From positions 6,720,001 through 6,784,000 of the forward strand of contig CAVUSO010000001.1 in assembly GCA_963744145.1 (NCBI GenBank): a stretch of DNA of 64,000 bases. Reading direction: 5' to 3'. Made by a program: the position numbers and the translations under genes. Below the pieces are notes generated by a model that made no database searches, was not told the origin of the DNA, and worked only from the letters and a program-made list of their open reading frames with translations. Source of the DNA: an uncultured cyanobacterium (GTDB taxonomy: Bacteria; Cyanobacteriota; Cyanobacteriia; Cyanobacteriales; CAWUOF01). The stretch's first letter is position 1. Each line of letters starts with the position of its first letter. Below, piece by piece: positions 52,201 to 62,129 of the stretch.

Positions 52201-53397
52201 AATACTAGGATTGCGTTTCTGTTCTTCCCACTTCAACGCCTTACTTAGCAACATTTTATGCTCTTCGTAATAGCTCTCCTCCTCCCTTAAAACATTCAGC
52301 AAATCATCTAAATCCTGACGTAAATCTGCCTCAGTCTGATTATCAGTAAAGTCAATAAATTGTAATCCTCTAATTACTGATGGAATTTGGGCTAAATCTG
52401 TTGGCTTAATTAATAAAGGAATAATCCTTTTATTCAACGAGAGAGCATAGTCAATTTCTTTCTGACAGTAATAAGATTTCAGGGCATCGGTCGAGATTAA
52501 ATAGACAACATTATTTGCTTGTTCAATCCCCCGATTAATTGCTTCATCAAATACTTCTCCAGTTTGAATATCGGTCTGATTTGTCCAAACCGTAATACTT
52601 TCTCGTAATAATATCTCCCTAACTAGGAGCATAGTAGAAACATCTACTTCCGAATAGGAGAGAAACACCTGAGTCATTAAATTGCTTGCATTCTTGATAC
52701 TTTCGCAAATTAACTCACATTGCAATAATGTAGGTTCACAAGGTGCTTGTTCTTCCTTAAATCTCTTTTTTAACCATAACTCTGCCGTCTTTCGTTCTTC
52801 ACCAATTAATAAATAGCGAGTTTGTTTCTGTTGCTTTTCCCACGCGATCGCGAGATTTAAGAAAACAGTATGTTGTTGCACATAGTCTTGATGACGATGA
52901 AAGATGTCGATTAAATCGCTCAATCCTTTCTCAAAATCATCATCTTCTCGAACATAGATCCAATTGATTTTGCCGATGACAGGGTGCATATTAGTATAAC
53001 TAGAATGTTTTCCCTTCTCCTGATAAATTTGCCATTCGGCTTCAGACTTACCAGGATTACGTTGTTGCCAAGTTTCCTGACTAATTTGTTCAACGTGCAG
53101 GAGGGGAATAATTCGTTTTTTTAATTTGATGGCTAGTTCAATTTCTTTGCCACAATACTCAGAATTGACGGAATGGGGCGCAATGATAAAAATAAAGTTA
53201 TCAGCTTTGGTGATCCCATCATCTATTTGATTTTGAAAATCAACACCCAAGGGAATATCATTAGCATCAAACCATACTTTTAACCCTTGATCCTGCAATC
53301 GTTGTTGAAGTTTGGCAGCAAAAGCTTTACTATCTGCCCGACCATAGGAAATAAAAGCGTCGTAAAATTGGGTACTTGGGACTTGAAAATCACTCAT
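49300..53397 (-). CDS. Triple TIR domain - transmembrane helix - 14x WD40 protein
   Basis: Three F(I/L)SY...S..C..E TIR modules; LLVLRLMLGIMTLLVAIAAIAIKIAL TM; 14 WD40 repeats; tail LLGRGCEWLSAYL. Confidence 0.92.
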   Translation of the reverse strand: MSDFQVPSTQFYDAFISYGRADSKAFAAKLQQRLQDQGLKVWFDANDIPLGVDFQNQIDDGITKADNFIFIIAPHSVNSEYCGKEIELAIKLKKRIIPLLHVEQISQETWQQRNPGKSEAEWQIYQEKGKHSSYTNMHPVIGKINWIYVREDDDFEKGLSDLIDIFHRHQDYVQQHTVFLNLAIAWEKQQKQTRYLLIGEERKTAELWLKKRFKEEQAPCEPTLLQCELICESIKNASNLMTQVFLSYSEVDVSTMLLVREILLRESITVWTNQTDIQTGEVFDEAINRGIEQANNVVYLISTDALKSYYCQKEIDYALSLNKRIIPLLIKPTDLAQIPSVIRGLQFIDFTDNQTEADLRQDLDDLLNVLREEESYYEEHKMLLSKALKWEEQKRNPSILLRGYNLRHAKIWLEGAEQKTLHQPTTLQKEFIDASLHQPPAASLDVFISYSRSDSDLARVLNDELQVRGKTTWFDQESIASGADFQKEIYLGIESADNFLFILSPRSINSPFCADEVEYAAKLNKRFITVLHQDVNTTELHPELAKVQWIDFRQKEGEFYANVNQLLKTLDTDREYIQSHTKWLRRAIEWENQDQNNDLLLRGSEFAIADDWFQKASKYKKQPPITELQTKFIESSRAFDAVEKQKKRGLLVLRLMLGIMTLLVAIAAIAIKIALDSDRNAKLIGIKAQGEYALSLLYPRDEKFDALITAIKAGKTMQKENISEIAVTAALGISIFDVKEHNRLVKHSSFVHSVSFSSDGQILASGSKDKTIKLWDVKTGKELRTLSGHGDGVSSVSFSSDGQILASGSKDKTIKLWDVKTGKELRTLKGHSDGVISVSFSPDGHTLASGSKDKTIKLWDVKTGKELRTLKGHSDGVISVSFSPNGHTLASGSKDKTIKLWDVKTGKELRTLSGHSDGVISVSFSPDGKNLASGSKDKTIKLWDVKTGKELRTLSGHSDGVISVSFSPDGHTLASGSSDKTIKLWDVKTEQELGTLSGHSDGVISVSFSPDGHTLASGSSDKTIKLWDVKTEQELGTLSGHSRGVNSVSFSPDGQTLASGSFDKTIKLWDVKTGKELRTLKGHSSFVFSVSFSPDGQTLASGSDDKTIKLWDVKTGKELRTLKGHNNGVISVSFSPDGQTLASGSDDKTIKLWDVKTGKELRTLKGHNNGVISVSFSPDGHTLASGSFDKTIKLWDVKTGKELRTLEGHSDGVISVSFSPDGHTLASGSFDKMIKLWDVKTGQELRTLSSHRDPVHSVRFSPDGKNLASGSWDKTIKLWDVKTGQELRTLSGHSNAVSSVSFSPDGHTLASGSGDKTIKLWKLEFGLNYLLGRGCEWLSAYLHNPDSGVNESDRHICDDISIKKN
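49435..51159 (-). repeat. 126-bp coding tandem array (14 near-identical WD40 units)
   Basis: CTGTCTTGACATCCCATAGTTTGATC recurs with an exact 126-bp period. Confidence 0.97.
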
Positions 53398-53557
53398 AGG
53401 AATGTTTAAAATATTTGTAGAGATTAATTTTACAATAAATGCTGTTCCCTCAATAAATTTTTGTAAAATATCCCGTGGTAACTATCCAAGTCATCAGGCT
53501 AATCTAGCAGTTAGAATCGCGATCGCTCATAACTAGCCTAAAGTTAATACTAACTAA

Positions 53558-53800
53558 TACCAATTGACTATGAAGATACATTGATCAGATTGATCTGTGG
53601 GTGAGGGTGGGTTTTGATGATTAGTGGGTAAATAGCAAAAATCTCGGTGAACCCACCCCTACAGAAATCCACAAATTAAGGATAAAATTCGTAGGGGCAG
53701 GTTCACCAATCAATTCTGTTACCAACAGATCGACCTGATAAACCTGCCCTGACCTAACAGATCAATGTCAAATTAAGTGCAATTTTATGGATCATTGGGA
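53558..53800 (+). mobile_element. 243-bp MITE, third full copy of the 13063-13307 family (TAA target duplication)
   Basis: TAA|TACCAATTGACTATGAAGATACA...CATTGGGA|TAA; same internal REP doublets. Confidence 0.9.
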
Positions 53801-53923
53801 TAAGGCAATTAATCAATATAGCGATCGCTCTTCATCTGTCTGAAAGTTTACGCTTGAGAATGCGATCGGAGTCTAGTCTCTAGTAAAATAGTATCTAAAT
53901 ACCAGTAATAACAACCACCAATT

Positions 53924-54562
53924 ATGGTACAGACTATTCAAGCTAAAGAAATAAACTTGCGCTATTTAATTGATAAATTTGGTCTTCAGCTAATGGAAGA
54001 TGACCAATTTTTCAGTGAATGGCAAAATAATTTGCCAGAAATTTCCGATTTAGATAAACAACTTTTAGATAAAGTGAAAGCAGGTTATATCAACCTACTT
54101 AATTACCCACCACTACTAGAAGATGTAGTCAGAATGGCTGTACTAGATCCGGTTTTATTTATCGGAGACTTTTACTTATATCCTTTTTACGTCAAATCGG
54201 AAGAATCCATTGATATTGCTTTAGAAGATGACAATATAATTATCAAAGGGAAGATTGACACATTAATTTTAAAAGATCAACTTTGGCTAATGGTAATTGA
54301 ATCTAAGAAAGCATCATTTTCCATTGAAGAAGGACTTGCTCAAATTCTTGTATATATGCTGGCTAATCCCAATCCAGAAAAACCGAGTTATGGGATGATT
54401 ACTACAGGGGGTAGTTTTATATTTATCAAATTAGTCAACGGAGAAATACCCCATTATACTACATCAAATATATTTGAACTTCGCAATCGTGGTAACGATT
54501 TATACCAGGTTCACCGCATCCTTAAAAATCTCTGTAAATTAGTGATTAACAATAGTTATTGA
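53924..54562 (+). CDS. Type I restriction HsdR N-terminal-like PD-(D/E)XK protein (stand-alone cyanobacterial family)
   Basis: LLEDVV, GKIDTL...VIESK...QILVYM...YGMITTG..F.F.KL. Confidence 0.75.
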   Translation: MVQTIQAKEINLRYLIDKFGLQLMEDDQFFSEWQNNLPEISDLDKQLLDKVKAGYINLLNYPPLLEDVVRMAVLDPVLFIGDFYLYPFYVKSEESIDIALEDDNIIIKGKIDTLILKDQLWLMVIESKKASFSIEEGLAQILVYMLANPNPEKPSYGMITTGGSFIFIKLVNGEIPHYTTSNIFELRNRGNDLYQVHRILKNLCKLVINNSY

Positions 54563-54602
54563 CATTTTTGAGATTTTAGATTAACTGGGGATTCTAATAA
54601 GT

Positions 54603-55022
54603 TCACCCATTTTCCTGATCAATTAGTGTTTCTGTTTCATTAGAATGAGAGAAAATTTTACCCAACATATATCGAGGTGGAAATTGGGCAAGATCTACCG
54701 CTTTAATCGGTTGAAACTGGGCAGAAGCTGGCACAAAACATATACCTGTTTTCTTTACTCCTGGCATGAAGCTATTTACTTGTTTAATGATAATTTTAAT
54801 ATGTTCGGTTAATTCCTCGGCGATCGATTGGCTAGATGCAACCATAAAAAAAGTCCTAATTCCCGTCGAATCAGCCACAAGAGCAAAATAGCTCTCTTGG
54901 AGAAGTTTTTGGATATCAGGCTCAAAAGATTGACAGAAATATTTTAATAAAGCTGCATACCAAGATTCATAGAGAATTTTATCGTCATCAGCGGTTGGGG
55001 AAAACATTACTAGCTCCTTCAA
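54603..55022 (-). CDS. Hypothetical protein
   Basis: 139-aa ORF with plausible composition; the start may be the ATG at 55007-region Val/Met codon. Confidence 0.5.
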   Translation of the reverse strand: MKELVMFSPTADDDKILYESWYAALLKYFCQSFEPDIQKLLQESYFALVADSTGIRTFFMVASSQSIAEELTEHIKIIIKQVNSFMPGVKKTGICFVPASAQFQPIKAVDLAQFPPRYMLGKIFSHSNETETLIDQENG

Positions 55023-55173
55023 GACTCTGCCTTGTTTTTCGACTGAAATATTCTAGATAATCTCAATATCTATGATCTGGACAAGATTTGCTGCGATCGC
55101 CGTCTTCAGTGTAGGTGATAGTTATCAGCTTTCTTTAGTGATAAAGTTTTGGCATTTTCAGTGATTTCTATCT

Positions 55174-55205
55174 ACTTTTGCAGTGATCAAGATCACTGCA
55201 AAAGT
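55174..55205. terminator. Perfect inverted repeat downstream of panC-cmk (terminator or stability hairpin)
   Basis: ACTTTTGCAGTGATC-AA-GATCACTGCAAAAGT. Confidence 0.6.
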
Positions 55206-55225
55206 CAATTCGTTAGCTTGGTTGT

Positions 55226-56776
55226 TTATTCGTTGCCTTGAATTTTCTGGTAATAAAGTTTAACAATCCGTTCGCGAACTTCCTCAATTTTCAGACCATC
55301 AGTGGAAATTTCCACCGCATCGGCTGCTTGTTCTAGGGGTGCTACCTGACGAGAGCGATCTTGATGATCACGTTGATTAATTGCTGTCTCTAATTGTGCC
55401 AAACTAATCAGACCATGACCCTGAGCTTGAAAATCCTGTTGACGACGACGGGCTCGTTCTTGGACCGAAGCAGTCAAGAAAATCTTGACATCAGCATCGG
55501 GGAAAACCTGAGTGCCAATATCACGACCTTCCGCTACCAGACCACCTTTTTTTCCATATCGCTGTTGTTGTTTTAGCAACGCTTGTCTGACTGCTGGTTG
55601 AGCGGCGATCGCTGACACTCGCTCTGTGACCTCTAGACTACGAATAGCTTGAGTGACATCAAAATTATTAATGAAAATTTGGGTAGGAAGCATCGGGGAT
55701 AATTTTTCTTCCCCATTTTCCCAAGTCTGAAAATTAATTTCACACAAACTGGCTAATTCAGCCACTGCGGGTTCATCATCAACGGGGATTTCTGAGTGTA
55801 AAACTAACCAAGTCAAAGCGCGATACATCGCACCAGTATCCAAATATAACAGCCCTAAATCTTGGGCCACTTGCCGCGCCACCGTCGATTTCCCAGCCCC
55901 TGCTGGTCCATCGATCGCCACAATTGGTTGACGATCGCGTAAAAGTAGATTATCAATTAAACGAGTCGAGCCAACCCGAGCCGCGAGCGCGAGCAATCCG
56001 ATGTCCTCAACCTCCTTTAAAGGAATCAAAGTAGTGGGATGAACCAATTCAACATACTCCATTTGTACATTTGGCATCAGCGCCAATTCAATTTTCACTC
56101 GTTCAATTATACTGGTGCTAACTCGCACTCCACTCCTAAACGCAATTTGTCCCTGCCGTAAACTTTGATATAAAATTGTCGCCTGTTCTTTTTCTGCTGG
56201 AGTGAGATACTGATTGCGGGAACTACAAGCCAATCCACTCGACTCCCGTAAAGTCGGACAAACGACGATCGTCACTGGAATATTTAGATCTATGACTAAT
56301 TTTTGAATAATTGCTACTTGTTGAGCATCTTTCTGGCCAAAATAAGCTCGCGTGGGCTGAACTATATTAAACAGTTTGACTACAATTGACCCGACTCCCG
56401 GAAAATGGCCAGGTCGAACAATTCCACACAAAACCGAGGTCATTGCTGGTGAGGGCAATACCTGAGTCGAAATATTGGTTATGCCCATTTCCTCAGCCAA
56501 GGGCATAAAAACTGCATCTACTCCCGCATCTTCACATTGCTTTAAGTCTTCAGCTAAAGTTTGGGGATATTTTTGCAAATCCTCATTTGGGCCAAATTGG
56601 AGAGGATTCACAAAAATGCTGACCACTACAATTTTATTTTCTTGACGCGCCCGTTGGATTAAACTCAAATGACCCAAGTGTAATGCTCCCATCGTGGGAA
56701 CAAAGCCGATTGACGCTATTGATGGAGATAAACCTAAAAAAGCACGTATGCCAGCAATAGTAGTTAATAGGCGCAC
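55226..56776 (-). CDS. panC/cmk: Bifunctional pantoate-beta-alanine ligase / cytidylate kinase
   Basis: FVPTMGALHLGH, SIFVNPLQF, FGQKDAQQ; AIDGPAGAGKST, EGRDIG; likely GTG start at 56776. Confidence 0.96.
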   Translation of the reverse strand: MRLLTTIAGIRAFLGLSPSIASIGFVPTMGALHLGHLSLIQRARQENKIVVVSIFVNPLQFGPNEDLQKYPQTLAEDLKQCEDAGVDAVFMPLAEEMGITNISTQVLPSPAMTSVLCGIVRPGHFPGVGSIVVKLFNIVQPTRAYFGQKDAQQVAIIQKLVIDLNIPVTIVVCPTLRESSGLACSSRNQYLTPAEKEQATILYQSLRQGQIAFRSGVRVSTSIIERVKIELALMPNVQMEYVELVHPTTLIPLKEVEDIGLLALAARVGSTRLIDNLLLRDRQPIVAIDGPAGAGKSTVARQVAQDLGLLYLDTGAMYRALTWLVLHSEIPVDDEPAVAELASLCEINFQTWENGEEKLSPMLPTQIFINNFDVTQAIRSLEVTERVSAIAAQPAVRQALLKQQQRYGKKGGLVAEGRDIGTQVFPDADVKIFLTASVQERARRRQQDFQAQGHGLISLAQLETAINQRDHQDRSRQVAPLEQAADAVEISTDGLKIEEVRERIVKLYYQKIQGNE

Positions 56777-56895
56777 TCTTAGTACTCCCCAAAAATTGAT
56801 TCGGGCTGCCAACTCCGGCTCGAACTTTTGGGGTGATCAAGACAAGCCTTTCCTACCATAATTTAGGAATGTGGTAGAGACGGTGATTGGACAAT

Positions 56896-58023
56896 TCACC
56901 TTCTGGCTTGTTGTTCGCCCAAAATTTCTAAGCGTACTGGCGCAACTCCAGTATGCACCATTCCTAGCATCTGAGCAGCACCAAAAGACAGGTCAATAAT
57001 CCGATCGCCCTCATAAGGTCCACGATCATTAATCCGCACAATCACCGAGCGACCATTATCTAGATTGGTGACTTTTACTTGTGTCCCAAAAGGGAGATCT
57101 TGATGTGCTGCGGTCATCTCATTCGCATCAAATATTTCCCCACTGGCACTTAGCTGGCCATCAAATCCTGGACCATACCAAGATGCCCATCCCGAGATCA
57201 CGCGGATGACAACTGGTCCAATGGCAATTTCTTGACCTTTGGGTTTGGGTTGACCAGGAATCTCTAGGATTGGTGGAGCATTAGCGATCAAACGACGTAG
57301 TCGATTAGTGATTTGGAGTGCGTCTTGCTGATAACTATGGGTAGTATTGGGCAATATCGCTTGAGAGTTAATTTCGACTAACTCTTGGCCATTGACCCGG
57401 ATGCTATAATGATTGTTTTTGCTGGGAGTTGGTAACAGGGAGATGGTTTTCTCGTCAGCCCCATCACGGCTGATTTGATTGAGTTTGGACGCGATCGCAC
57501 TAGCTTTCCACACTGGATCGGCTGGATTGTCCTGGGTGGTCGAGACAATATATTCCAAGGAGTTGTTCCAGTTGTTGCTAGATGGGGTAACTTCTCTAGC
57601 TTTACCCACATAGTTAAAAATGGGATGATTTTTCTGGGAACAACTATTCTGGGTGGCACCTGTTTGAGCTAGATTTTCGAGAGTAACCGGTCCAGTCCCA
57701 ATCAGGGTGATGACGGGAATATTGCGAACATAAACCGTTGCTGCGGTATGACCATCTAATTCATGGGTTTGAATTTTGGCGATCGCACTCAACGCTAGAT
57801 CATCACCACAGGTTTCTTCCCCGTGATTACATGATTGATATTCTCCAACTTTTTGCACCTCAAGCATTTGTTGGTTTGAATGCACCGTTGGTTGGTTAGA
57901 AGCTTTTGGTTTTGCTGGAGAACTAAAATCTGCTGCTACGGATTGCTGGGCCCGGCTTGATGAGATTGTCATCAGAGTTGTACCTAGCAAAACAGCAGTA
58001 GTCCAAGAAAATTTTTGTTTCAT
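56896..58023 (-). CDS. rlpA: Septal ring lytic transglycosylase RlpA family protein
   Basis: ASWYGPGF, TAAH..LPFGT, VRINDRGP, IIDLS; likely start MKQKFSW at 58023. Confidence 0.9.
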   Translation of the reverse strand: MKQKFSWTTAVLLGTTLMTISSSRAQQSVAADFSSPAKPKASNQPTVHSNQQMLEVQKVGEYQSCNHGEETCGDDLALSAIAKIQTHELDGHTAATVYVRNIPVITLIGTGPVTLENLAQTGATQNSCSQKNHPIFNYVGKAREVTPSSNNWNNSLEYIVSTTQDNPADPVWKASAIASKLNQISRDGADEKTISLLPTPSKNNHYSIRVNGQELVEINSQAILPNTTHSYQQDALQITNRLRRLIANAPPILEIPGQPKPKGQEIAIGPVVIRVISGWASWYGPGFDGQLSASGEIFDANEMTAAHQDLPFGTQVKVTNLDNGRSVIVRINDRGPYEGDRIIDLSFGAAQMLGMVHTGVAPVRLEILGEQQARR

Positions 58024-58385
58024 AAGCCATCTGTGAAGAGCACTTTTGAATCTAGTTTTGATTTGCTTTAGGTTGTCCTCAATCGCAATCAAATATCCTG
58101 ACAGACTCGTACTCGTTCTGTATTCACCTTTGGTTTTCCAACTGCAACAGATTAACATGAAGTTTTCTAATTGGGGATCAGTGTCCCCACGACCATCTTT
58201 ATAATTTTTGGAAAAAATTAAAGTTTACATCCCGGAAAAATGTGACAAGATAAGGGTTTTACGATTTTTGCCCCTACCCCGATTTTCGTGAAAAATTTAT
58301 CTAAAATTTATTTTTTTTATTAGGATAATATTGAGCTACTCGCCAAAATTAGGCCAATTCCTCGCCCCAGAAGCTGGTGATGATT

Positions 58386-58434
58386 AGACAAGAAAGCAAA
58401 AATAAATAGGACAGTCAAGATGACTGTCCCACAA
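58386..58434 (-). mobile_element. Degenerate end fragment of the 43675-43795 MITE family
   Basis: ATT|AGAC...GCAAAAATAAATAGGACAGTCAAGATGACTGTCCCACAA. Confidence 0.65.
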
Positions 58435-58480
58435 AGGATGTACAATACTTCGTGCAAATACTAGCTGAAACAGTATTTTC

Positions 58481-59512
58481 ATGGACTATCGAGACGCAGG
58501 AGTAGACGTAGCGGCGGGTCGCGCTTTTGTGGAAAAAATCCGGAATATGGTCCAAAGTACCCATCGACCAGAAGTTTTAGGTGGACTCGGTGGGTTCAGT
58601 GGTTGGTTCCAGGTGCCCGCAGGACTAAAGGAACCAGTTTTAGTATCAGGAACTGATGGTGTTGGGACTAAGCTCAAACTGGCTCAGACCCTGAATCAAC
58701 ATGGCACGATCGGCATTGATTTGGTGGCCATGTGTGTTAACGATGTCCTGACTTCTGGAGCAGCACCCCTATTTTTTTTAGATTACTTAGCTACTGGTAA
58801 ACTTAACCCAGAACAATTAACCCAGGTAGTTTCGGGCATTACTGATGGTTGTAAACAATCAGGATGTGCCCTATTGGGAGGAGAAACCGCAGAAATGCCA
58901 GGATTTTACCAACCAGGAGAATATGATCTGGCCGGATTTTGTGTGGGCATAGTCGAAAAGAGCAAACTATTAGATGGCTCTCAAGTCCAGTTGGGAGATT
59001 TGGCGATCGGGTTAACCAGTGATGGTGTTCACAGTAACGGCTTTAGCTTAGTCCGTCAAATTGTGGAGATGAGTAGATGTGATTGGTCTACATCCCCCCC
59101 GATGCTCGGAGGTAAAAGTTTAGGAGAAGTTTTACTCACACCGACTCGGATTTACGTCAAACCGATTTTAGGGGCTTTAACGACGGATCTGGTGATTCAT
59201 GGGATGGCTCATATCACTGGTGGTGGTTTACCAGAAAATCTCCCCAGAGCTTTGGGTGTTGATCAATCAATCCAAATTCACCCGGATAGTTGGCCCGTGC
59301 CACCGATTTTTCATTGGTTAGCTGAACAAGGCCAGGTGAGGGCGATCGAGATGTTTAATACTTTCAATATGGGAATTGGTTTTGTGGTGTTGGTGCCCCC
59401 CACTCAAGCAGAACTGATGCTCCAATGGTTAAGTAGCCAAAATCTGGCAGCCTATATCATTGGCGAAGTGATTCATGGTGAAGGTAAACTGATGGGGTTG
59501 CCTCATGGTTGA
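58481..59512 (+). CDS. purM: Phosphoribosylformylglycinamidine cyclo-ligase
   Basis: [37 protein letters not shown]. Confidence 0.97.
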   Translation: MDYRDAGVDVAAGRAFVEKIRNMVQSTHRPEVLGGLGGFSGWFQVPAGLKEPVLVSGTDGVGTKLKLAQTLNQHGTIGIDLVAMCVNDVLTSGAAPLFFLDYLATGKLNPEQLTQVVSGITDGCKQSGCALLGGETAEMPGFYQPGEYDLAGFCVGIVEKSKLLDGSQVQLGDLAIGLTSDGVHSNGFSLVRQIVEMSRCDWSTSPPMLGGKSLGEVLLTPTRIYVKPILGALTTDLVIHGMAHITGGGLPENLPRALGVDQSIQIHPDSWPVPPIFHWLAEQGQVRAIEMFNTFNMGIGFVVLVPPTQAELMLQWLSSQNLAAYIIGEVIHGEGKLMGLPHG

Positions 59513-59562
59513 CCATCAAACAGATCAACTTTTTTCTGAATAATCAATAGGTAAAAATAGCT

Positions 59563-60765
59563 GTGGCGATCGCAGAAAGCATTGGTATCGGTCTAGGAAT
59601 ATCGGCTCTGGGCTTAGGAGCGGCAGGATTAGCGCTAGAATTACAATATCGCCGCCGTCCTGGTAATGATTTAGAATTAACCCTAGGAGACTGGCAACTA
59701 GAAGTAACTGAACCCCAGCGTTATCTCTTGGTTGGGGAAATGGAATTTCAGAATCGGACCCAGAATTTAGAAATCATGTTGCCGGAAGTTAATGCTGAGG
59801 TAACTTTATTATCTAAAGGTAGTGTTAAAGGAATTTCTCATCAGATTGAAGTGATCCCGGCTCATGCAGATGCTCCCGCTCGAACTGATGGTTACTGGTT
59901 TGGGTATATTGTCAAAGTCAAAAAAACTACTCGGATTAAAGTTAAGCTGGAAATATTAGGCCAAGATTTAAGTCAATTGGAAACAGCTTGGATCAGGGTA
60001 AATTACGTTACTTATGGGCCACAAGGACGAGTCCCAAAAGTACGTCACGTAGTTGTCCCGTTAAAATACCCAGAACCAGTAGCAAATTTGGCTTGGCGTA
60101 CTGTCAATGATATCCAAGTTTTACCAATTCGGACTCATTTACTGAGTCATCTAGACGAGCCAGTGGCGATCGTCAAACGTTATATTCTGCCCTATAGTCA
60201 GCCCGGGGATGTGGTGACGATTGGGGAAACCCCGATCGCCATTATGCAAGGACGATGGCACCATCCCACTCAAGTGAAACCAGGATGGGTAGCTAAACGC
60301 CTATGTTATTTTTTTCTACCCACATCTAGTTTAGCGACAGCTTGTGGTTTGCAAAGCTTAGTTGATCTGGTCGGACCAATGCGAGTAGTAGCGGCTTTTC
60401 TGATTGGCGCGATCGCTAAAGTATTTGGTCAACCAGGAGTTTTTTATCAACTTGCGGGTGAACAAGCTAGACTCATCGATGATGTCACTGGCACTTTACC
60501 CCCTTACGATCAATTTATTGTTCTCGGACCAGAAAACCCCCAACAAGTTGTGGATGAGATTAAAAAAGCAACGGGTTTATCTGCGGCAATTGTAGACGTT
60601 AACGACTTAAAAGCAGTTAAGATATTGGCAGCAACCTCTGATGTTTCGAGCCAAATGCTCGAACAAGCATTGAGAAGCAATCCGGCTGGGAATGCTGATG
60701 AGCAAACACCTGTAGTTCTAGTTCGCCCCGATGGAAAGGCACAAGTAAACCAGAAAAATATCTAA
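59563..60765 (+). CDS. F420-0:gamma-glutamyl ligase (CofE)-like domain protein with N-terminal TM
   Basis: LPIRTHLL, IGETPIAIMQG, LIDDVTG, IVDVND, NPAGNADEQTP. Confidence 0.75.
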   Translation: MAIAESIGIGLGISALGLGAAGLALELQYRRRPGNDLELTLGDWQLEVTEPQRYLLVGEMEFQNRTQNLEIMLPEVNAEVTLLSKGSVKGISHQIEVIPAHADAPARTDGYWFGYIVKVKKTTRIKVKLEILGQDLSQLETAWIRVNYVTYGPQGRVPKVRHVVVPLKYPEPVANLAWRTVNDIQVLPIRTHLLSHLDEPVAIVKRYILPYSQPGDVVTIGETPIAIMQGRWHHPTQVKPGWVAKRLCYFFLPTSSLATACGLQSLVDLVGPMRVVAAFLIGAIAKVFGQPGVFYQLAGEQARLIDDVTGTLPPYDQFIVLGPENPQQVVDEIKKATGLSAAIVDVNDLKAVKILAATSDVSSQMLEQALRSNPAGNADEQTPVVLVRPDGKAQVNQKNI

Positions 60766-60839
60766 TTTGCTCTTGTTTACGATTTGACCAATAACTGTTT
60801 TTGCTGTCAATCGAGGCCCAAAAAGCGGCTTTACCTACG

Positions 60840-62018
60840 ATGAATCTATTTTTGCGCCAAAATCCAGATGTGATCGTTCGTCCCCTGCAATATCGGGACT
60901 TAGAAATGCTGGAACGACTTCTTCACCAAGCACCAGAAACTTTAACAGAGCTGGAATTGGGCTCTCTAATTGCTCAAATTGCACAGATTCGTCGCTGGTA
61001 TGGGCCGCTAAAGTGCTTGAGTCTATTTCCTAACCCGTTACAATATCTATTTTGGATATATGTAGTCCAGGCAGATGGCCAAATTCGGGGCATGATCAAA
61101 ATCTCGCCCTTTAATCGGACTCGGAGCACCTGGAGAGTCGATGAAGTAGTAGTTGACCCACAAGAATCTAGTCATGGAATTGGGTCTCAACTCCTCCGTC
61201 ATTGCTTTGAAGCAATTTGGGAAGCTAGAACTTGGTTGTTAGAAGTTAATGTCAATGACAAAACTAAAATCGCAATTTATCGCCAAAATGGGTTTCAACC
61301 CTTAGCGAAAATGACTTATTGGGCGATCGCACCGGACAAAGTGAAGGAATTAGCCGATCGCGAGCCAGATTTACCAAATCTTTTACCTGTCAGCAACGCG
61401 GATGCTCATTTGCTTTATCAACTTGATACAGCTTCTATGCCCCCCTTAGTGCGTCAGGTATTCGATCGTCATATTCACGACTTCAAAACTACCTTTTTCG
61501 GGGCTTTAATTGAAGGGTTTAAACAATGGTTCAATCAAACTGAAGTAGTTAGTGGCTATGTGTTTGAACCCCAGCGGAAAGCGGCGATCGGACACTTTCA
61601 AATGCGTTTGTGTCGTCAAGATGCTTTAGTCGCTCATGCTAGTCTGACAGTTCATCCTGCTTATACCTGGCTATATCCAGAATTACTCTCGCAGATGGCC
61701 CGAATTGCCCAAGATTTCCCACCTCAATCCTTATATCTAGCTTCGGCTGATTATCAGCAAGAACGCGAAGAATATTTAGAGCAAATCGGAGCGATCAGAA
61801 TTGCCCACACCCTCTTGATGTCTCGTTCGGTCTGGCATAAAATCAGGGAATCGAGGCGAGTTGCTCTGGAAGGACTTCAGTTGTCTGATGTCTTTCAGGG
61901 ACTTCAACCAGCCCATAAACCAATCCCAGGAAGAATGTCCTGGAGCAGTTCACCGCCGGTCGAACTGGGGACAGGGGAATCCCCACCAGAAATTACTGAG
62001 GTAGAACCAAATGGGTAA
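60840..62018 (+). CDS. GNAT-family N-acetyltransferase (cyanobacterial conserved)
   Basis: HGIGSQLLRHCFE, WLLEVNVND, YRQNGFQ; start uncertain (60801 or 60840). Confidence 0.8.
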   Translation: MNLFLRQNPDVIVRPLQYRDLEMLERLLHQAPETLTELELGSLIAQIAQIRRWYGPLKCLSLFPNPLQYLFWIYVVQADGQIRGMIKISPFNRTRSTWRVDEVVVDPQESSHGIGSQLLRHCFEAIWEARTWLLEVNVNDKTKIAIYRQNGFQPLAKMTYWAIAPDKVKELADREPDLPNLLPVSNADAHLLYQLDTASMPPLVRQVFDRHIHDFKTTFFGALIEGFKQWFNQTEVVSGYVFEPQRKAAIGHFQMRLCRQDALVAHASLTVHPAYTWLYPELLSQMARIAQDFPPQSLYLASADYQQEREEYLEQIGAIRIAHTLLMSRSVWHKIRESRRVALEGLQLSDVFQGLQPAHKPIPGRMSWSSSPPVELGTGESPPEITEVEPNG

Positions 62019-62109
62019 TTTATGGACAGGCAAGATGCCTGTCCCACAAGAGTTTTTGGGGTTGTGGGACAGGCATCTTGCCTGTCCTAGTTATTTTTGC
62101 AAGAAGTCT
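62015..62109. mobile_element. Left-truncated copy of the 43675-43795 MITE
   Basis: Near-identical REP doublet and right end TTTTGCAAGAAGTCT|ATT; overlaps the GNAT stop codon. Confidence 0.85.
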
Positions 62110-62129
62110 ATTGACATCAAGGGCAAAAA

